DNA of 64,000 nt, taken from positions 29,404 through 93,403 of the IMG/VR virus record IMGVR_UViG_3300046512_000087, one strand, 5' to 3'. The notes under the pieces were generated by a model that saw only the letters and a program-made list of their open reading frames with translations, was not told the origin of the DNA and searched no databases. The position numbers were made by a program, and so were the translations under genes. Origin of the DNA: a virus. Shown here piece by piece: positions 54,993-62,898 of this stretch. Numbering within the stretch: the stretch's first letter is position 1; each line of letters opens with the position of its first letter.

Positions 54993-56061
54993 TGAGTTCC
55001 TTGCGAAATTGGTCTGTCTCCATTATGGCTCGGAGTTCCGCATGGCGACTAGGGGTCAGGAACACACTTTTCGCTTCAATATCTTCGGCATGAAGGCGCA
55101 AGGCAGTCAGCTGGGTATTGGTGGCTTCCAGATCTACCAGGGCAGTCTCGGCCTGGAACAGGATGCGGTGGAACATCGGGATGGACACCCAGGCTGGGAA
55201 CACATCGTTGGTGCTCATGAAGATCTTGTTGGCGCGCAGACCATCCCGTGTGTGCTTATCCAACGCCCAGTCAGGAACACCAGCAATGTACACCGGGTCT
55301 TTCAAGGCATAGCTGTTGGTGACCAGGGGCTCGCTGTATTCCATTTCGAGCACCAGGGGCATGGCGGCATTGAGGAAGGCGCAGCTTTTCTTGTTGCCAC
55401 AGTGGTAGGTGTAGAGAATTTCTTTGTCGGTGGTTACCAGGGCCATTTCTGCATCCACGGCAGCCCGGTCACGGACAATCTCGGTTTCAAACCAGGGATT
55501 GGATTTGTCTTCAGCCTTCCAACCCAATTTGGCCATGGTGTCGCCAATGCGGTTGGTCTGAGGATCTTCACGATCAAAGACAAAGTAGGCGCAGCACACG
55601 GCCTCACACAGGGCTCGGCTCTTGGCCTCACGGGTCAGTTCATGTACCAGCCAACTAACAGCGCGGAGCTGGTTGGTAGATTTGCGCACAGCGGCCCAGC
55701 GGCAAAAGTGCATGGTCAACGCACACGCTCTCCAGTTACCAGGGCCCACATCTTCCAGTGCGATAGTTGGCAGTCGAGTCCAGAGGTATTCCCGGTCTGA
55801 GCTGTTGAAGATCGCTTGAGCGTAGAACACAGCCTTTTCAGTCATGCCACGGCGAATGCATTTCTGCATGGCCGAAGCCACTTTGTAGCGGCTGGTGGGG
55901 TCTTTCAAAGTGACGTCGTAGTCCACGAAGTCAAAGCCCTGCTCCCCATTCACAATCTGACCTGTCAACGTTTCCATGGCCCAGGCGTCAAGAGCTGCCC
56001 CGTCAAACATCGGGGCGCCTAAATCTAACTCCAGGTTCTTCTTGATAATCGTCAAAGCCAC
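54964..56061 (-). CDS. MgsA/RarA C-terminal-like domain protein (no AAA+ domain)
   Basis: SAMQKCIRRG, RL.TIALEDVG, PDWALDKHT; no Walker A seen. Confidence 0.7.
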   Translation of the reverse strand: MALTIIKKNLELDLGAPMFDGAALDAWAMETLTGQIVNGEQGFDFVDYDVTLKDPTSRYKVASAMQKCIRRGMTEKAVFYAQAIFNSSDREYLWTRLPTIALEDVGPGNWRACALTMHFCRWAAVRKSTNQLRAVSWLVHELTREAKSRALCEAVCCAYFVFDREDPQTNRIGDTMAKLGWKAEDKSNPWFETEIVRDRAAVDAEMALVTTDKEILYTYHCGNKKSCAFLNAAMPLVLEMEYSEPLVTNSYALKDPVYIAGVPDWALDKHTRDGLRANKIFMSTNDVFPAWVSIPMFHRILFQAETALVDLEATNTQLTALRLHAEDIEAKSVFLTPSRHAELRAIMETDQFRKELIDARIKACS

Positions 56062-56110
56062 TTGCTACTCCTTAGAATGAAACAGGGGCCCTAATCAGCC
56101 CCTGTGTACT

Positions 56111-56139
56111 ATCTTGCTATTATTTGTTGGGTTTGTCAA
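56111..56139 (-). promoter_or_regulatory. sigma70-like promoter for the modification cluster
   Basis: TTGACA-17bp-CAAGAT. Confidence 0.55.
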
Positions 56140-56375
56140 AGAGGTTTGGGCAGCTTGTACAGCACAACCTTACAGTTGACTGCCACTACCTCTATCTTTG
56201 CAGTATCAGGACCTACCCTTCTGTTATCCAGCAACAGCTCTACTACGGATAGGCCCGTCTCGGCCTCAAACACTGAAATTGAATTCCGTATGTAAATCAG
56301 CAGCTTATCTTCCAGACCCTTTTTATGGGCCAGTAGTCTTTCCATGCCATCCCAGTATTTGAAGTCTTTCATCAC
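56136..56375 (-). CDS. hypothetical protein
   Basis: 79 aa. Confidence 0.5.
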   Translation of the reverse strand: MMKDFKYWDGMERLLAHKKGLEDKLLIYIRNSISVFEAETGLSVVELLLDNRRVGPDTAKIEVVAVNCKVVLYKLPKPL

Positions 56376-56446
56376 ACACTCCGTTGGTTATTGATACCTC
56401 TCCATGTCGGACTTCTTACTCGACAACTTTTGCAATTGATTGCAAG

Positions 56447-56686
56447 CTACTCCCAGAGGATGTGCTTGCGAGCCAGCTCTGCAATACGCAGCAGGGTGCA
56501 GCGCTGGCATTTATTGTAGACCGTGCCCTTGTGCCTGAATGCGGAGTTATAGCTGTGTGGATCTTCACAGCCCGTGCGGTCATGATCAGGTGCCAGCATG
56601 TCGATGTAGGACATCAGGGTTTGTTCTTCTACTTCATCGTCCATCTTCTTTCCCTCAGGGTTTCTGCCATCCACAGTCGTCGGCAA
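56447..56686 (-). CDS. hypothetical protein
   Basis: H.R..C.D...CQRC pattern; true start probably MDDEV. Confidence 0.5.
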   Translation of the reverse strand: MPTTVDGRNPEGKKMDDEVEEQTLMSYIDMLAPDHDRTGCEDPHSYNSAFRHKGTVYNKCQRCTLLRIAELARKHILWE

Positions 56687-57074
56687 ATTTACTCAAGGTT
56701 GTCAGCCCTGGCCTTCTGGCTTTCAGCCCTACAGGGTCGGGGAGTTCACCCTTTCCCACGTACATGCCCTTTACATCCAGCTTCACCTTGATACTCATAG
56801 CCCGGCGCCAATCATTAGGCTCCATGGGTTCGCGGGTGAGCACCGATAACAACAGCCCGGCCCCGATTTTACTCAGGTGCTGCTCAGCCAGGGCGCAGGC
56901 TACGAACTCCAGATTCTGCTTGCGAAGGAGGTTAAAGGTTTGGTTACCCTTGGACTCAAACTCCAGGGGCTCTGTGACTTCACGGATGATCCCGGTGATC
57001 AAACCAGACCCTTCTGCGCCCATGTCTTTCAACAAGCGGTAGGCCCGGGCCTTTTTCTCGATACTGATCTGCAT
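56655..57074 (-). CDS. hypothetical protein
   Basis: 139 aa with AAGGAG RBS. Confidence 0.6.
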   Translation of the reverse strand: MQISIEKKARAYRLLKDMGAEGSGLITGIIREVTEPLEFESKGNQTFNLLRKQNLEFVACALAEQHLSKIGAGLLLSVLTREPMEPNDWRRAMSIKVKLDVKGMYVGKGELPDPVGLKARRPGLTTLSKFADDCGWQKP

Positions 57075-57097
57075 ACCTACTCCTTAAAGTTTTGCAA

Positions 57098-57292
57098 TCA
57101 ATTGCACAGGACTACACTCACGTCTTCGATGACCAGTCGGCGCCCCGCTGAGACAGACAGGTGTAACGCTTGTACCTGCCTACCTGTTTGCGAGCCCAGT
57201 AAATTCAGTCTCCGCTGCACGTAGTCTCTGATGTCCCTCTCCGCTTCTGTGCGGAGCATCACTTCTACTTCTTGGGGGACCGACTGGCTCAT
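57098..57292 (-). CDS. hypothetical protein
   Basis: 64 aa. Confidence 0.45.
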   Translation of the reverse strand: MSQSVPQEVEVMLRTEAERDIRDYVQRRLNLLGSQTGRQVQALHLSVSAGRRLVIEDVSVVLCN

Positions 57293-57293
57293 T

Positions 57294-57947
57294 TTAAACC
57301 GCCTTAGCTGTTTCTGGGTCCAGGAAGAAAGTGCCGTTTTCCAGACGCACTCTTACCGGCACCAGTTGGAATTTATGCTGAAAGGGGATAGGGATGCCGT
57401 TCATTGCAGACTCAGGACTTCCCCAAGAATCTGCTTTCTGCCTTTGTACTAAACGGGCTTCACCCGTTTTCTCAACCTGAACGTAGTTTTCAGAGTGGGC
57501 ATGCTTCATGAGCCAGTGGTAGTCAGGCACTTGCAGCTGTACAGCTTTCAAGTCCACCCACTCCTGGAAACCGCACTCAGTACGATTGGCCTCTACTTCT
57601 TTCTTCCATTCGGCGCGCTGCTCATCCCTGCGGTAGATCTTCGCCACTTGAGTCAGGGTTTTGACGTCGGTGAACTTCTCCAGGTCCATCATCAGACGCT
57701 CAGGGATTTTTCCGAACTCTTCCTCAGTTACCGGCCCGATAAGCAGAGTATCGAGGCCTGTGCGCACGAACATGAAGGTGCCCTGGGGCTCTCGGGCATG
57801 CGCTGACCAGCCCATCCAAGCTGCATGGACCAGGGCATTGAGAAATTTGCCATTCTCGTCTTGGTTAACTGGGGCCGAATAATCGTGGTCTCCCAAAAGG
57901 CCCGGCGCAATTTCTTTGAAGCGTTCCAGCAATTTCGAGTCGTTCAT
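57294..57947 (-). CDS. hypothetical protein
   Basis: 217 aa with GGAGG RBS. Confidence 0.65.
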   Translation of the reverse strand: MNDSKLLERFKEIAPGLLGDHDYSAPVNQDENGKFLNALVHAAWMGWSAHAREPQGTFMFVRTGLDTLLIGPVTEEEFGKIPERLMMDLEKFTDVKTLTQVAKIYRRDEQRAEWKKEVEANRTECGFQEWVDLKAVQLQVPDYHWLMKHAHSENYVQVEKTGEARLVQRQKADSWGSPESAMNGIPIPFQHKFQLVPVRVRLENGTFFLDPETAKAV

Positions 57948-57971
57948 ACAGCCTCCAATAGCTGTCAGGTG

Positions 57972-58352
57972 TTACAGTGGCTTTACAACACAGACAATAC
58001 TGCGTGTCTTTTTGCAGATCACGGTATGGGTGATGGCGTAGGACTTGCCGTCGATTTCCCAGGAGTCACCCAGCTCTGCATAGGCCTCTTCCAGGTTCTT
58101 GTCGGCTTCAATCTCGTATTCCTCGGCCAATTTATCCCGGATAAACACCCGAAAATGATTGGGCTTGGTGTCAGCAGAGAAGCGGCCACGCCATGCCAAA
58201 TACCGAGTAACCCCTACATGGATCATGCAGAGGATGGCGCAGGTGAAGCACATCAGGGCCAAGATGCTTTCGGTAGTGACAGAGCCCAGGATCAGGAACT
58301 GCATACCTGTAACGCTTTGATACTGAGTTGGTGTCATGGTTGGTTCCTGCAA
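57972..58352 (-). CDS. hypothetical membrane protein
   Basis: Hydrophobic N-terminal segment. Confidence 0.55.
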   Translation of the reverse strand: MQEPTMTPTQYQSVTGMQFLILGSVTTESILALMCFTCAILCMIHVGVTRYLAWRGRFSADTKPNHFRVFIRDKLAEEYEIEADKNLEEAYAELGDSWEIDGKSYAITHTVICKKTRSIVCVVKPL

Positions 58353-58365
58353 TTGATTGCAAACG

Positions 58366-58719
58366 TTAGAGGCTGAGTCTCGCTGGTTTTATTTTCCGAA
58401 GGGGCACGTCATCGCAGTAGCCATCGCGCAGGCGCTGCACCACGGCTTTTGCCTCGTCCTGGAAGTGCCCTGTCTTGATCTTACCCAAAACAGCCTTGCA
58501 CACTTCCCCACTACTGAACTCGGCGTCCACCAACATTCCTTCGCACGGCGTCCAGGTCTGGATGTTGTCCAGGGTTTCCTGAGCAATGCCTTTCTCGATG
58601 TACGCGAGGATCTTGGTGTTCATGCTGACGTGCTGGGCAGTAGCCAGCTCGGTGATGAGAGCACGCATGCCCTCGGGGAAACGAACTACGAATTTGTCTG
58701 CGGTGCGAGAGTCGAACAT
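58366..58719 (-). CDS. Arc-family ribbon-helix-helix regulator, AmrZ/AlgZ-like
   Basis: SRTADKFVVRFPEGMR...SMN closely resembles Pseudomonas AmrZ as recalled (SRTADKFVVRLPEGMR...SMN). Confidence 0.85.
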   Translation of the reverse strand: MFDSRTADKFVVRFPEGMRALITELATAQHVSMNTKILAYIEKGIAQETLDNIQTWTPCEGMLVDAEFSSGEVCKAVLGKIKTGHFQDEAKAVVQRLRDGYCDDVPLRKIKPARLSL

Positions 58720-58773
58720 GGATACACTCCGTTGAGGATTTCGCCTTCATGGCGTATTTATCCTATATCCCGT

Positions 58774-58802
58774 ATTATCTGGAGATACGCACAGTTTGTC
58801 AA
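58774..58802 (-). promoter_or_regulatory. sigma70-like promoter
   Basis: TTGACA-17bp-GATAAT. Confidence 0.7.
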
Positions 58803-58834
58803 AGAAGCAGCCTTTGAATTCTTTGCCCAGACAC

Positions 58835-58865
58835 AAAAAAGCCGAGATCTAAGTCCCGGCTTTTT
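58835..58865. terminator. bidirectional intrinsic terminator
   Basis: aaaaaaGCCGAGA-loop-TCCCGGCttttt. Confidence 0.75.
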
Positions 58866-58879
58866 CAAGTAACTGGTGA

Positions 58880-59515
58880 TCAGGCTTGAGGATCAGGCCA
58901 GTCTTCACCATATACCTTGGACTGTGCTGCCTTTACCGCTTTCACGGTAGCTGGCTTGGGCTTCTTGCCCGGCACTTTCGGCGCTGCTTTCTTCGCCTTG
59001 CTGATCCCGGTTTTGATGGCCTTAGCAACTTTTTCAGTCAGAGTCTTCTCAGGCTTTTTGGCCCCCACCAGCTCAGGCTCTGGACGCAGCAGGCTTACGA
59101 CCACGTTACGAGCAACCTCGGTCAGGTCCTTGCCGTATTGTTTCTGGAACAACGACACGCTGGCCGGGTTGTACGAGGGCTTATCGTTGAGGAAAGCCCC
59201 GCCGAAGATCGGGAGGTACTGGCCTGCCGACTCACCTTTCCCACGTACCAGGAATACCGGCAAGTTTCCGTCCAGGTTTGGGATCACGCGGATGCCATGG
59301 GCAATCAGGGTGATGTAGGGTTCCAGGGCCAGGAGTTCGGGATTGTCGTCGAGATAGGCCTGGGTGTTCAGGGCTTTGGCAACCAGCTCCGCTTTCTCGA
59401 CATTCAGGGTCTTGGCAACAGGCTTGCCGCCGCCATTCATTACCATCACCTGAAAATTGTGAGTGCCAAAGTTGTCTTTGGTCTTGCCTACGCGGTACTT
59501 CGTGGACTTCGCCAT
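58880..59515 (-). CDS. hypothetical protein with Lys/Ala-rich histone-like tail
   Basis: C-terminal KAKKAAPKVPGKKPKPATVKAVKAA. Confidence 0.7.
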   Translation of the reverse strand: MAKSTKYRVGKTKDNFGTHNFQVMVMNGGGKPVAKTLNVEKAELVAKALNTQAYLDDNPELLALEPYITLIAHGIRVIPNLDGNLPVFLVRGKGESAGQYLPIFGGAFLNDKPSYNPASVSLFQKQYGKDLTEVARNVVVSLLRPEPELVGAKKPEKTLTEKVAKAIKTGISKAKKAAPKVPGKKPKPATVKAVKAAQSKVYGEDWPDPQA

Positions 59516-59533
59516 TTCATAGTTCCTTTGCAG

Positions 59534-59935
59534 TTAGCGCCACTGTGGTCGATAGAACTTCGCTTCACGCTCGGTTACCCGAACTTTGAAAGTTCTGCCA
59601 CTTTGTGACTCAAGGGTGGTGTAGCCATCTTCAGGATTGAAGTTTTTGACTTGGAACGGCTCGCCTGTAGCCAGACGGATGAACATCAGCGTTCCATCGT
59701 GTTCTTTTGCCAGATGATCCAAGGCCATCAACAGATTGTTGTCTTTGGTCTGGTCTTCTTCAACCTTGGGCTCTTCAGCATTCCAAGGTAGCGCTGGGGA
59801 GTCAGCCTTGACCGGCTCGACCGGCTCGACAACAGGGTCTGTCGCCAGGATGTCTTCCAGCATGGTGGTCGTGGGCTGAGCTGGGGCGGGAGTGACTACC
59901 TCCCCGGTGGCCTTGCTTTTGATAACGAGAGCCAT
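59534..59935 (-). CDS. hypothetical protein
   Basis: 133 aa behind CAATGGAGT RBS. Confidence 0.65.
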   Translation of the reverse strand: MALVIKSKATGEVVTPAPAQPTTTMLEDILATDPVVEPVEPVKADSPALPWNAEEPKVEEDQTKDNNLLMALDHLAKEHDGTLMFIRLATGEPFQVKNFNPEDGYTTLESQSGRTFKVRVTEREAKFYRPQWR

Positions 59936-59961
59936 ATCTCACTCCATTGGGGTGTTCATGT

Positions 59962-59986
59962 AAAAGAGGCGGCTTTCGCCGCCCCC
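59962..59986 (-). terminator. intrinsic terminator
   Basis: GGCGGC-GAAA-GCCGCC followed by a T-rich tail on the minus strand. Confidence 0.7.
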
Positions 59987-60002
59987 TGATTACCGCTGGT
60001 GC

Positions 60003-60797
60003 TTAGACCTTCACTTCCAGATCGACTTCCGGGAACAACTCGGAGAAGGCAGTCAGCGCGCCTTCCCAGCCCAGGGTGCCCATCAAAGACTTCAGGTCAG
60101 TGACGGCATCGCCGCTGGATTCGGCCTTGGCCAAAGCGCTGTTGCCACCGACGTAACCGGCACAGATCATTTCCAGGGCCACGTTGTCGTACTCGGTGCT
60201 GCATTCGGCCTTGGCCTTGTTCAGCGCGGTAGTAACGATTTCCGACTGGTCGTTGTGCAGCTTGAAGGTGATCTTGGTGATGTCGTCTTTGGTGCTGGCT
60301 TCACCGCCTTCACCCTTGTCCAGGGTTGCCTTCAACATCGCTTGCAGCTCGACCACAGTGCAGTTGCTGGCCTTCTCGACCCAGCTGTCAACGTTGTCAA
60401 CGGTCAGGTGGCGGGCCAGCTCTTTCAGCTTGGTCCAGCCCAGGCCCTGCACTTTTTCCCAGGGAATCTGCTTACCGACCAGCTCGGTGTAGATTTCCAT
60501 CAGGTAGCGAGCTTTGCGGCCTTGGAAGCCATAGCGCTCGTACACGAAGAGGTCGAACGACTCGTAGCCTTCGAACCACGCATTGTCGAAGATCACCTTC
60601 AACACTCCGCCCAGCTTGAAGTAGTCGGACTCGATGCTGTCGGCCAGCTTCTCGGCCATGTTCAAAGCCTTGGTTTTGGTCAGCTGCTCGACTTCCAGGG
60701 CGGTGTTCTGCAACCAGTCAGCACTGGTGGCCGCTTCTTTCTTGGCCTTGGTTTCAGTTGCTGGCTTGACTTCTTGCTCTTGACTCATTTCATGCAC
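60003..60797 (-). CDS. hypothetical, probably abundant DNA-binding/replication-associated protein
   Basis: 264 aa with own promoter and terminator; GYESF..F....G...RKA.YL...LGWTKL pattern. Confidence 0.7.
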   Translation of the reverse strand: MHEMSQEQEVKPATETKAKKEAATSADWLQNTALEVEQLTKTKALNMAEKLADSIESDYFKLGGVLKVIFDNAWFEGYESFDLFVYERYGFQGRKARYLMEIYTELVGKQIPWEKVQGLGWTKLKELARHLTVDNVDSWVEKASNCTVVELQAMLKATLDKGEGGEASTKDDITKITFKLHNDQSEIVTTALNKAKAECSTEYDNVALEMICAGYVGGNSALAKAESSGDAVTDLKSLMGTLGWEGALTAFSELFPEVDLEVKV

Positions 60798-60840
60798 TCC
60801 TAGCGGTATAAGGGGAGGGAGTTATTTGCCCTGTCCCCTT

Positions 60841-60868
60841 ATTCTACCTATTACGTGGGGTTTGTCCA
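60841..60868 (-). promoter_or_regulatory. sigma70-like promoter with palindrome upstream
   Basis: TGGACA-16bp-TAGAAT; palindrome at 60876. Confidence 0.65.
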
Positions 60869-60893
60869 ATTGTTTTGCAATTGATTGCAGGAA

Positions 60894-61514
60894 TTACGCT
60901 ACCGGCTCAGCGGTGTCTGCCTTCACAGCAGGCGGTTTCGGGGCGAAGAACTCGGGGCCCCAGATGCTGGACAGATAGCTGAAGTGGTCGGCCAGGACCT
61001 CGGCAGGCGCGATCTTCAACAGGGCGTACGTGAACGCATACACCTCGTTCAACAGCTCAGTCAGCTTGGCCTGTGCCTGAGCCACGGTGCTCTCGTCCAT
61101 GTCCAGCTTCTCGGTCAGGCCACCGCCATCGGTGAGCACGCGGACCAGGGACAGCAGGTCGTTGGACAGGCGGTGGATGTGCAGCAGGGATTCAGTGGTG
61201 GTCTCGCCAACCAGCTTCACCTTCTTGCCCGAGCCTGGAAGTTTTACCTTCAGGGCCTTGGCCAGTACGAAGGAGTGCTCGAAGACCGGGCCCAGATCAC
61301 GGTAGGCCTCTGCTTTCAGTTCTTCGTTGAGCTGGGTGCCTGCCACATACGGGGACAGCGTGGTCATCAGGGTGCCAGCGGCTACGGCCAGGGAAATCGC
61401 CGCGTGGACGTAAGTGGCGGTGAGGGTCTTGCGAGGCAGTACGCGCAGGTGGGATTTGACGTCTTTGACAGGGGCGACCAGGGCCGCTGCACGTTTAAAG
61501 GCATTAGCTTGCAT
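60894..61514 (-). CDS. hypothetical protein
   Basis: Start placed at ATG 61514 (MQANAF) behind AAGGAG. Confidence 0.65.
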   Translation of the reverse strand: MQANAFKRAAALVAPVKDVKSHLRVLPRKTLTATYVHAAISLAVAAGTLMTTLSPYVAGTQLNEELKAEAYRDLGPVFEHSFVLAKALKVKLPGSGKKVKLVGETTTESLLHIHRLSNDLLSLVRVLTDGGGLTEKLDMDESTVAQAQAKLTELLNEVYAFTYALLKIAPAEVLADHFSYLSSIWGPEFFAPKPPAVKADTAEPVA

Positions 61515-61989
61515 GAAAAACTCCTTTCGGAAGAATGAGGAAATCAGATTTAGCGATGTGTTCCCCCAGTCTTGCCAGGGCATATCCATCGACAACATCG
61601 TCTGACTTAGATTCAAATCCCCAGCGCTCCTTAACAGCAGCAGCCATCTGAGGTTTCTTTGCATTCCCCTTGCCGGTGATGAACAGCTTCAGCGACGTGG
61701 GAGGCACCAACCACCACGAATGGCCCAACTCTTTCAGGCCTAAACGTATTCCGGTGCCGATTTCGACCAAATCTACCAGACTGTTCTTGTTACCAAAAGC
61801 ATAATCTTCGATAACGATCAAATCTGGGGTCCATTCCGCTACTACGTTCTTGACTGACTTTGCAATCAATTGCACGCGGTCAAAACCTTTGGCCTTGGGG
61901 AAGTGAATAAGTTTCGAGCCATACGTCTCTCCGTTATCCACGCACCCCATCCCGGTGTAGGTACTGATGTCGATGCCAACTACTCGCAT
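61504..61989 (-). CDS. ruvC: RuvC-like Holliday junction resolvase
   Basis: VVGIDIS..TG, IVIEDY, PTSLK.FITGKGNAKK, DDVVDG. Confidence 0.85.
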   Translation of the reverse strand: MRVVGIDISTYTGMGCVDNGETYGSKLIHFPKAKGFDRVQLIAKSVKNVVAEWTPDLIVIEDYAFGNKNSLVDLVEIGTGIRLGLKELGHSWWLVPPTSLKLFITGKGNAKKPQMAAAVKERWGFESKSDDVVDGYALARLGEHIAKSDFLILPKGVFHAS

Positions 61990-62001
61990 ACTGCCGTTCG
62001 C

Positions 62002-62898
62002 CTATTCGGAATAAATCAATCCTTGCTTATCTGCCAGATGCCAACACTCGGTACAGACGCTGCATTTCTTGGCAGGCTTATCTCCGGGCCCACTACAAAT
62101 TGGCGCGGGCATTACACCATCCTCTTTGAAGACCTTTACCTGCATGGCCTTGTCCAGGTATGGCTGAACACTCTCGTCATCGCGTTCAATGTCAAACTCC
62201 TTGAATGGGAGTATAGCACTTGTTTTCGGGTCCTTTTTACCGAATCCGCGACTGACGTAGAGAATCTTTGCTGCGTTCAAATTGATCGAAGACTTGAAGG
62301 GATGGCTGCTGTCATCAATCAGCTTCAGATACATCCGGGTCCTGATCCTGTGCTCGGCCATCGGCGCTGCCAGTTTGGCGAAGTCCTCTACATTGAGGAT
62401 CTTCAACTCGGTAACAACCTTCTTGCTGCCGCCCAGGTCGAAGAACACGTCAATGCCACCTGAGACGTCGTAGGTGGAGGAAACGAAGTTGACTTCCTCA
62501 TACCGGTAGTTGCAGTGCTTCTTGTGGCCTGTGGCTGAGCACCACGTCTGTGGCTTCGAACAGAAGGTGCCACGCTGGGCACAGCGGATACACTCCCAGT
62601 TGCCTATGGCCTCGTTGCCGCCCCACACTTCAGCAACCATGTCCCCTGTCGCGTTGCCAACATCGAATGTCGCTTGCAGGGCGGCGCTGATGTATTCGTC
62701 CTTCAGCTTCTTGCCCGTGGAGTGCAACAGGGCCAACCGGCGAGGGCAGAAGTCTTCTTTGGTGATGTCAGAGGCATGAACTACAGAGTGGTCCCTGGCT
62801 GGCTTCCACCCCTCCAGGTTTTTCTTCAGCACATCGATCACGGACTTCTTCGGGGCCAGGGATTCCTGAACCGCTTTATTCATCCATTTTAGAGCCAT
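62002..62898 (-). CDS. Cas4-like / PD-(D/E)xK exonuclease
   Basis: HASDI...CPR, GGID, TELK, C-terminal Cys cluster. Confidence 0.7.
   Translation of the reverse strand: MALKWMNKAVQESLAPKKSVIDVLKKNLEGWKPARDHSVVHASDITKEDFCPRRLALLHSTGKKLKDEYISAALQATFDVGNATGDMVAEVWGGNEAIGNWECIRCAQRGTFCSKPQTWCSATGHKKHCNYRYEEVNFVSSTYDVSGGIDVFFDLGGSKKVVTELKILNVEDFAKLAAPMAEHRIRTRMYLKLIDDSSHPFKSSINLNAAKILYVSRGFGKKDPKTSAILPFKEFDIERDDESVQPYLDKAMQVKVFKEDGVMPAPICSGPGDKPAKKCSVCTECWHLADKQGLIYSE

Larger units (their letters stand above)
868..61874. repeat. dispersed 14-bp inverted repeat TGCAAT-TG-ATTGCA (37 copies found by eye)
   Basis: TG orientation starts: 868, 2476, 5328, 8968, 13125, 15215, 17402, 17708, 20305, 23543*, 24027, 24446, 25767, 29358, 32848, 36040, 38397, 40367, 42293, 43793, 45424, 48126, 49262, 51682, 56431, 58348, 60876. 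CA orientation: 6736, 20060*, 34201*, 34924, 35662, 39089, 47305, 54378, 57093, 61861. * = same one-base variant TGCAATTGAGTGCA. Confidence 0.97.

Noticed and set aside
868-61874. Repeat interpreted as a CRISPR array, REP element or IS end
   Set aside because: Copies are 14 bp, hundreds to thousands of bp apart and often intragenic; no spacers, cas operon, transposase or target duplications.
62002-62898. Cas4-like gene as evidence of a CRISPR-Cas system
   Set aside because: Solo Cas4-like exonucleases are common in phage recombination modules; here it sits between RecA-like and RuvC-like genes.
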